Shown here piece after piece: positions 55,653 to 64,000 of a stretch of DNA of 64,000 nucleotides. Under the pieces are notes generated by a model that was given only the letters and a program-made list of their open reading frames with translations, was not told the origin of the DNA and did not search any database. This stretch comes from Peribolospora baueri. Taxonomy: Eukaryota. The translations under genes were made by a program, and so were the position numbers. Location of the stretch: positions 186,001 to 250,000 of the forward strand of contig JAMDHS010000001.1 in the NCBI GenBank assembly GCA_029717555.1. The letters are read 5' to 3'. Positions within the stretch are counted from its first letter, which is position 1; each line of letters starts with the position of its first letter.

Positions 55653-55799
55653 ACTACTGCAATCTCGCTCGGCGGGCTGGACACGGCGCCATACGAATCA
55701 ATTTGCCTTCCAGTCTTTGACAACGTATCGCCGCCGTCTCCTTTCTCTTGTCGCGCAAATATCGCCCAGTACATCCCTGAACTGTGGCCGTAACGCAAC

Positions 55800-58700
55800 A
55801 TGGAGGCACCCGGCTTCCCAATCGACGGGACGGACGGTCAGGCGGCGCCTCCGCCTCCTCCGTCACAAGGGGACCTCGTGACCGGTAGACCTCCAAGTGC
55901 GCCGATAGATGATAGCATCACCCTCGGTCAGCTCAAGGCCATGGTCAACGCTGTCAAGCGCAAGGTGAGATTTGCGTTGCATGTTGCGCTTTTTTGCATA
56001 GCTTGAGCGACGTTTCCGGGTCCAGCCCTGTTGCTTGGCCCTGACATTGCTCTATCGGTTAGCGCCAGCCAAAGTGGAAACTCAGGAGAGCTACGAAACT
56101 GAGTCGTCTTTTCGCTCTTTTTTCATGTCTTATTTACTCACAGGTTTCGCGATATGATTTCCCGGCGTCGGCTGATTCGGACACCCTCATGTCTGAGATC
56201 CAGGAGTTCTACTCATACGTGGAGGTCCCGCAGGTGCTGGATAACCGAGCCGCTTGGGAAGAAGCATACTCCGAAGGTCGGTGGCTCTTCTTAGCCGCGT
56301 ATGTGTGATTGTATGTCCATGTGCTTGTGTTTTTTTCTGATTCTTCTTCTTGCCTTCCTTGTAGAATGGTCTACCCTTACTCCGCGACAACGACGTGCCA
56401 TCGTAACTGACCTGCTTGAATGCCTCGAGCGGAAAGACCCTGAGATGCGGAACAAGGCCAGCCGAAGACTGTTGTATGTTTTGCAAGGTGTGTCTATTTT
56501 GCATTTTTCTTGTTCGAGTGCAACGCTCATTCTCGCTCCCGGCTCAACTGTCCCAATAGGCACCTTTGCGCACACGACGTCGCCCGAGCACCAATTGCAT
56601 TGGATGATCGAGAACGCACGACTCGTCCGCGACTGCGGTGGTTTGGAGCAGATTTATGCTGCCTTCAAACTTGCTTGTTGGAAGCATGATTATCTAAGGT
56701 GACTAAGTTTTCTCTCCCTAGCAGAAGGAATGAGCACTCCTTCAGCCTCAGTGCCTATCATTGACCGAGCTCGGGCCGTCTCCGTCTACCTTGGTTGTGC
56801 AGCGGATTGCCGGATTATATTCCCGGGCCATCAGTACCCGGATCGTCTAGCGAGCCACCAGAACCACTGATGACGGCGGCCGACAAGGCAGATTATTTGG
56901 ATGAGCTCAACGTGGATCTCTCGCTTTACCTCTCGCAGCTCTACCTTCTCGTAGAGACTTGGAGAGGGGACGAGGGCTTTGGTGAGGAATGCATGAGCCT
57001 CGACCCGCCACTGCCATGTTATCTTTGGAGCACTGTTGCCGGTTTGCGGGAGAAAAACGCGAAGGGCTATCCCGTCAAAAAGGTGAGGACGGGTTCACTG
57101 TGACGAGATTCAAAGCCCACTATTTACGTAGTCCTTCTGCTCCACGCTTTTCCAGCTGTTGCTGCTCTTGTGGAAGTCGTTGCTGGCGACATTCGGCGGA
57201 ATGAAGGACGTCGAGAGGTGCAAGAGGCTGACCAGGGAGATGGAGGGCCTCAAGGTTGTTGGTGATGACAAACGTGGGTGTGATGGACATTCTTTTCTCG
57301 ACGCACCCTTTAACGCTCCTCACATCTTCTCTACCATGTGACAGCAAACGCCTTGAAGACCTCGCCGCTCGACTATCTTTCCTTCCAGAACGAGGTCGCC
57401 GCAAAATATCCGACTTTCACCCCACCGAAACCGTCCGAGGGCGAATCTTTCCCCCTGGAGAAACTAGCTCAAGTCGTCGCCCCCATCCCCGTTCGCCCTT
57501 ATGGTCCGGCTCCCGGTGCAGGCCCGTCATTGCTGGATGCCGGCCCCGCAGGTGCGGCCGGTGGATTCACTTTCGGTGGCGCTACTAGGGCAGGGATGAA
57601 TCCTCACCAGCCGCCGGGCACTGGCTTCGGCCCGGGCACCCCCGCGTCTACACCTCCGCCCACGCCACCGCCTGCTCCTCCACCGCCGAAGCCGAACAAG
57701 CAGAAATATCAAACCGACCAGAGCCGGCCATTCGTCTTCCCTTTCTCCGTCTCCGCCCACGGCCGTGGGAGGTTGGTGCCGTTCTCGATCGACGAGGCTG
57801 GGAACATGTACAATCGGGACATGTTCATCAGCACGGAGGCTTGGCAAATGTGGCAGATTCGGGAGCAGCTCATCGAGGATGAGAGCGGGATGGGCAAGGC
57901 GAAGGAAGGTGGCCTCGGTGGCGGGGAATGGGCATCGGAGGCGAGGTCCCCGGGCGAGTCGAGCATCGGTCCCTCAAGCAGCATGGGCGATCCGACAGGT
58001 AGCGGAACAGACTCCTCTTCTTCATCTTCGTCTTCAAAACAGTTGCGCGGAACTGGCGAGCCGAGCCTCGAGCGGGTGAGGGCATGGGCAGAGGCAGTGA
58101 AGGAGGAGATTGCACAGGAGGAAGCCAGGCCGGAGGGCAAGCCAGGCGAGGGTGAGGGCGAGGTGTCTTCCGTGGAGACCAAGTTCAAAGACCGAGCAAA
58201 GATCAGAAGACTCAAGGAGCGCAAGACCGACTTGACCAGGTTGGAGAACGTGGATGTCGTCTATGTGAGTAGCACGGCGCCCTTTGTTGCATGTCTCGAT
58301 ATACGAGGTGACTTGTGGGCTGATCATCCCCGACGTGGTCATACCCATCGTCGTAGGGTCATACTCTCCCTCATTTGCAATCAGCGGTGATCGTCTTGCT
58401 TAAACTTCTCCTCGCCACCGTCACCGCATCGAGCAACCAGAACCCGGCGCAGAGCAGCAGCGGGTTTCAAATGGAAGGTAAGCTTGGGACGCGGGAAGCT
58501 TTGAATAGCTGCCGCGCCGTTGCTGATCTCAGCGCCCGCTCTTCTTCTCCAGGCGTAGATCAACCACCGCCGACTTTGGAGGACATCGACGTGATGCGAC
58601 ATCGCGAGATCACTTCCAAAGCCGTTTCCGCAATCCTCCTGCTCTCCCTCAAGTGGTTCAAAGCATCCCGTGCGTAAGGCAACTGCTACGCCGACCGTAC

Positions 58701-59733
58701 GAAATAAACGATCGTCGAGCTCACCACGAGTCGCTGTACCTCCCTCGACAGACGCCATGAAGTTCCACTACCTTTCGCAATTGTTGGTCGATTCCAACTG
58801 TCTTCTGCTGATCTTGAAGATGTTTGGCTTGCAAGAGGTGGCAAACTCGGTCAAGGCGAAGAACGAGGCGGATGAGTACAAGTGAGCTTTGGATGAAGGA
58901 CGGTCACTGGCGCGAAAAAATGACGCTCTCGATGCTGATGCCATTGCTCGGCTCTATTTCAGCTTCTTCCGCTACTGCTATCTCCACGGGTCTCACGAGC
59001 AACGCCCGATGACGAGACCGGAAGACTCCATCCTTTCCGGCGCTCCAGCCATTTCGCGAATGAGCTCGGCGGCGTCGAACGCCTCGACCGACAACCCGCT
59101 CACGGCGAACGGTGCGGAAGGGGACGAGGTAGAGTTGCTGACGGACTACTCGTGGCGCAATTTTTTCGCCAACATCAACTTTACGCGTATCTTGCAAAAG
59201 CTCACAAAACGGAGGATCCATCGCGTGCTGCTGCTCGTGCAGTACAAGAGCTCGGTCAGTCTCGCTTCGTGATGGCTCAACGGATACAAACTGGAACTGA
59301 TGGTGATTCGTTCCTCCACGATAGGCTATTCTCAAGCGTGTTCTAAAGGTGCCCCACCCGGTGCTCCAGCTTTACATCCTCAAAGTCATCAAGAGTCAGG
59401 TGCCATTCTGCGGGCGCAAGTGGCGGCAATGTGAGCGCAAACTTGGCTTTGACACGAGATCGGATAGAACGCTGACAAGCTGTCGTGCGTGTGCTGTCTT
59501 TCCTCAACACAGCCAACATGAAGGTGATCACCGCCATTTACCTCAACTGTCGGCCGGACTTGCGAGACGAATGGCTCGCTGGCGTCGACATCGACGGGGA
59601 CGTCGAGGAGGCGCTCCCTCAAGAGCAGGCCCTTCGTTCCCTCGTTGGTTTCTACAATTCTTCCCGCTTCCCCGCTCAGTCCGCCAACCTTCCGGGTCAT
59701 CGTCGATCGTCCAGCAGTGTGTCCATTGACTGA
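55800..59733 (+). CDS. FAR11: STRIPAK component Far11/STRIP (PRO22/HAM-2; N1221 + DUF3402)
   Basis: DSITLGQLK, EIQEFYSYVE, LREKNAKGYPVKK, KQKYQTDQSRPFVFPF, VPFSIDEAG, RHREITSKAVSAILL, SWRNFF, NMKVITAIYLNCRPDLRDEWL. Confidence 0.95.
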
Positions 59734-60391
59734 TCTGCCGCTCGATGAATCTGTCGACCGATATGGTTTCTCAGACGTGCAGTACAGCTTGTACAGAGTG
59801 TACAGATTGAACGTACCCCGGAAGATGCACGGAAGCTGCGCAAAGCCAGAGACCGTTGTCCCCTATCGAAGCATAGCTTCATCCCTGCCCGCGGCCTCCG
59901 GGCTTTCCGTTATCTGATATCCAGCCCCGGCCCTCGCCATTGCCGCTCTGCAGATCTCCACGCTATATTTCCACCAACGTTGTCTGCCTCACATCAGCAC
60001 GTCCTGTTGGATGAGCTGCGCGACCGACGGCCGCTCGACGTCCCCTTTTTAACGGCATCATGATCATCTGAAGAGATAAAGTGAACGCGGGTTGCTGACC
60101 TCTTCCCCTAGCCATCGTTCAACGTCTCAGACGTCTCACCTTCTGCCTAGTTAACTCCGAGGCTGAGAACGCCGGCGTACGCCTCCAAGGCCACGGGTCG
60201 AGTTGGCGATGCGGTTGTCCGGCCACGTCCGTCCGCAGGCCTCGCTGGAGGGCGGCCCCCAGCGGTGCCCGGGGACGATAACAGCGGGACGACGACACGA
60301 TCGCGGCGCCGATAGGGACTAGCGACATGCAAGCTGGATGGATGGCGGAAAGGAGGACGGACGAAGGGATTCGATGGCGCTCCAAGCAGAG

Positions 60392-60516
60392 GTACTTATA
60401 CTTTATCGTTAGAAGAAATAGTTATTGATTAAATTAAATTGATATATATTAACTATTATAGAAATAATATACTTAGATATCCTAAATCCTAATTTGAATA
60501 GAAATCTTGAGTCGAG
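60392..60516. other. AT-rich insertion, probable nuclear copy of mitochondrial DNA (NUMT)
   Basis: ~125 bp at roughly 20% GC inside GC-rich DNA; flanked by AGCAGAG direct repeats (60385-60391, 60517-60523); minus strand reads FLFKLGFRISKYIISIIVNIYQFNLINNYFF. Confidence 0.55.
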
Positions 60517-60627
60517 AGCAGAGATCGCCATCATGTGCACGGGCCAGTTCACCTGCTTCCCTCGAACATTCCCGACCCCGCGATCGCATCGCAAAAAGAT
60601 CCCACGCCTCAGCGTGGAAAAAAAACA

Positions 60628-60715
60628 TGACCACTCACGGGCTCGAACCGTGGACCTTATCCGTTCTGGATTTCTCCTGTTAAGGATACGCCGTAACCAA
60701 CTAGGCCAAGCAGTC
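60628..60715 (-). tRNA. tRNA-Val(AAC) with 14-nt intron (60664-60677)
   Basis: Cloverleaf: GACTGCT/AGTGGTC acceptor stem, D-arm GCCTAGTTGGTTACGGC, TATCC-TT-AAC-A[intron]C-GGATA, T-arm CACGG-TTCGAGC-CCGTG; T8 Pol III terminator at 60618-60625. Confidence 0.92.
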
Positions 60716-60779
60716 GTTTTCAATATTGGCTTTTTGTACCCATGCCTTTTATGAGGTGAGCCTACATTCAGGATATTGA

Positions 60780-62950
60780 CGACTAACAAATGCCGACGGG
60801 TCGAACCAGGCGAAACCCACGCCGACCGGCTCGACCACCGAATTCTGGCCTTGGCCAACAACCTTTTCCCCAGGTCGGCCACGGTGATCGGCCGTCGAGC
60901 AAGCGCGACGAGGCGGATCTGGAACGGAGCGACCGCTATGCGACTGGACGAGGACATCTAGCTCTTTTATGCGCTTCCACCGGCCCAAGCCTAGGATCCG
61001 GCTGTCGACGAGGCCGACCACGGTGATGGAGGAGCCGACAGAAGGGTCCTGCTTGCCTGGACGAACCCTCAGGATGCCGTCGAGGCCATGGAGGCGCTCG
61101 CCGCCATGCCCCGGTCGGACGAAAATCGTCTCAAGGCGCAATGCTCCGTCCTCTTCTTCCATTGCGCCTCGTGCAGGCAGCAGGAGCTTGGGACGCAAAA
61201 CACCAAGCACCGCTGCCCGCGGTCGACCCCTGTGAGGCCTGTCACGGCGACCAAGGCCCCCGGCGCGATAGCCCGCATCGCACCCATGTTTGCTGTGCAG
61301 AGGTCCATCTATTAGTCCAGCCCGCCATTCGCGGGCTCGACGAGAAACCAAGGGCTTACTTCTTTGCATCCGGATCGACGCTTGCTCCGAGCGCTGAGCA
61401 CGGCGAGGATCGACGCTCGGCCCGTCAGCGACGGGCTTGCTCTGCACCCGCGGCGACGCCTCCGTCCCCAAGCATGCGAAGGCTCTGGAGCGGTGACGAA
61501 ATGCGGTCAATCTGCAAAAAAAGGCCACGTGTCAGCGTAAGCGACACGAAATGGACACTCTGTTCGCAAGCTACACACCTCCGCCTTGGTCTCCTCCAGC
61601 AGGCTCTCTAGGCCAATCTCCCGACACTCTTCCTCGACATCGCCGCCCAGCTTCTGAAATGCTGAGCGCGACGACCGATCGAGACGGCCGTTCCCCGAGA
61701 TGACGCGCTCGGCCAGCACTCGCTTGAGTTGGACGAGATACAAGAGTTTGTATCTCGCCGGCGCGACCACAGGGTCGTACTTGATGCAACCCGGGTCGAA
61801 TGTCGACAGCAGTAGCGTGTAGCTGCCACCGACACGAATGACCGCGAGGTTCCCACGTACGCGAGGAAGCCCGTGTCGCTTCCAGGCTGGCATCCGGGGG
61901 CGAAGTGTCGCGGCCGCCTCGTCGCCGACAGCGTCGTAGCCGTCGAGGACCTGTGACAAGAGAAGGCGGTTGACCTATTTAACGGGAAAGTGTCAGTGAC
62001 GCTAGGCAGCGCAAGCAGGTTCGTCGCGATCGCGCAAGGAGGAGTACCTTGGTCGCCATTGCTGTCATGATGACCGGCTGGACGATCGCGAGGTACCTCG
62101 CGAGGAGGTGGACCGCCGTGTCTAGATGGTTAGGGCTGTAAAAAAAGATGGGCACCATCAGCACCGGCTGGAATTGAAAGTCCAATCGCCAATGGTGGGT
62201 TAAAAAAGAAAAAGAAAGCCTCAGGTCGGGCCCACGCACTCGAAGCAGAGGGCCCAGAGATCCACGAAAGGGCCTCGGAAAGTGGCGAGGAAGTCGAGGC
62301 TCTCTTCTCGTCATAGGGCCTCATCCGGAAGGCATCTTGCGTGTGCGCCAAGCGCCATTTCGATCCTGGGAACCCTCCAGAAGTTTAAGACTCGGTTAGA
62401 GCGCATCAAGCAACGGTACGGTCGCAGAACCGAGCCGAACGAGCCCACCTCGTTTCCGACCCCGCACACGGGCCCCAGAACGAGGTCTTGCCGTCCATAT
62501 CCCCCAGCGTAGCGTCCTTCCCAAGGAGTAGGAAGACGACTTTCCCTTCTGGTCGAGGGCAAAGGCGGAGGTGTTCGCTATCGCCGTTTCCAAGCCTCGG
62601 TCGCACATGACCTTGCCCTCGACTCCTAGGGCAATGTAACGGGCCCGAGAGACACGGAAGAGCTTGTCGACCTATTCCCTGCGCCGATCTCACTGGGAAC
62701 AGGCTTGGTGAAGAGAGCCTGCTGGCCTTTGAGGATCTAAACCAGGTAAGTCGGCGGGGATTAAGCCAGGAGTTGGCAGTGGCCGACAGAAACCGGCTCA
62801 CCTTGTCTCGCAACTGAATGGCCTCTTCTGGGACGACCCAGTCGCCCTCCTCTATGCCGCCCGGGGCCGATTTTAAGGCCGTCTGGCCGGCGGTATCGAT
62901 GAGGAAAGCCTCGACGCACCTAACGTCCCTCGAAGCGAGTCGGAACATTT
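60780..62950 (-). pseudogene. Fragmented GC-rich coding-like region of unknown family
   Basis: Protein-like stretches (e.g. ORF 61507-61959) with splice-like signals, broken by stops and frameshifts; no family recognised. Confidence 0.3.
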
Positions 62951-62959
62951 GCAGGGGCG

Positions 62960-63200
62960 TCAGAGGACGGCAATGAGCACATCTTGGATGTTGTACGTGC
63001 TTGACCTGTAAAGTCCCTTTGACAGTCGTTGTTTGAGTGCATTGCTTGATGTACAAAGCACAAAGCTGATGTTTGGCGTCCCTCCATACCCTTCTACAGG
63101 CTGTGATTTCGGCGCGGTCCTTATCTGTATGCATGAAGGCTGAAATGGACTCGCAACGTGCCATACAAAACCGTCTGGCCAACTGTGTGAAAGTCTCCGG
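62960..63200 (-). mobile_element. Degenerate MULE/Mutator-type transposase fragment
   Basis: FMHTDKDRAEITACRRVWRDAKHQLC, then frameshift to ALKQRLSK..STYN. Confidence 0.65.
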
Positions 63201-63699
63201 TGGCTGGTCCGGCTGGGAATGCTGGGGAGTTTCCGAATTGGCGTTTCCTGTGCACGCTCCAAACGCCGACTCGCCCCGACCCAAACTTTGGGCCCCCTCG
63301 TCTCATGAAAAAAACGACTCACTGAGCCTCCTATGCCCGACCCTGTGCCTCTTGCTTCTCCAGCCAATGTTCAATCGTCACCATTTAAATTATGTAATCA
63401 CCATGACGTTCTTCTCTCGTTTTCCTCTTTTCTTCTGCCTCTGCTCCTCACTGTCCTTCTCTTCCTCCTCGTTCTCCCCATTACCCTCGTCGTCCTCCAT
63501 GTCGTCGTCCTCCATCAAGTCTTCTTCCTCATTCTCCTGCGCCTCTTGCTGTTCCGTGCCGCTCCAAATGCTCTTCATAAGCTTGATGCGTATCTTTGTG
63601 GTCGAAGCGACAGGATTTTTATCCAGATGCCTGTCAATGCTTTTAGAATTTTATATGGTACGAACACCTGTTGATGATGTCTACATTTTGCCTCCTCAG

Positions 63700-64000
63700 G
63701 ATGCTATCTGTCCACTTGAACTCCGCTCGAGCTCTTAAACATGGTGGAAATCTACTTACGAGCTGTGGAAGAGGTGCACGACTTCTGCTATGACCACGAC
63801 CTCAGCAGCTTGTGGGGATATCTGTGGGACGCATGGTACAAGCTGAAGCTGTGGTTAGAGTGGGAAAGATCAGTAAACGAGCAGATACCAAGTCTCCGTA
63901 CAACGATGCTGGTGGAGACTCACTGGAGGACTCTGAAGCGGGAATACCTCTATCGTGATGCAACGACCTGCAATTGACCTTTCGGTCTGGGTAATCCTGG
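63700..64000 (+). mobile_element. Degenerate fungal MULE-type transposase fragment, runs off the window
   Basis: ICPLELR; RAVEEVHDFCYDHDL..LWGYLWDAWY..WERS..IPSLRTTMLVETHWRTLKREYL; frameshift to RPAIDLSVWVIL. Confidence 0.7.

Overview
GC-rich, intron-dense eukaryotic DNA, most likely from a basidiomycete fungus (inferred from short GT-AG introns with GTGAGT/GTGCGT donors and from the protein families). Bases 368-59733 are a compact run of 20 spliced genes: small HSP, JHD1, RRP5, haspin kinase, flavodoxin-like quinone reductase, SppA/S49 peptidase, mitoribosomal mL57, eIF3g, Ino2/Ino4-type bHLH, mitoribosomal uS12, CTP synthase, GCFC/NTR2-like, alpha/beta-hydrolase, FHA-kinase (MEK1-like), NSE2/MMS21, importin-9, an LRR/BC-box-like protein, FAU1, stomatin-like SLP-2 and FAR11/STRIP. 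Most are arranged as head-to-head pairs, and six of the eight shared promoters carry a TCACGTG E-box. The last ~4 kb is accessory: an AT-rich insertion (probable NUMT), an intron-containing tRNA-Val(AAC), a decayed ORF and MULE-type transposase fragments in opposite orientations. The most notable candidates are an intact bacterial-type 67K SppA protease, a small HSP with an apparent mitochondrial presequence, a Pro-to-Gly change in the conserved DLPGV loop of mitochondrial uS12, and a possible Elongin-C/cullin adaptor. All calls come from motif recognition by eye; no database searches were run.
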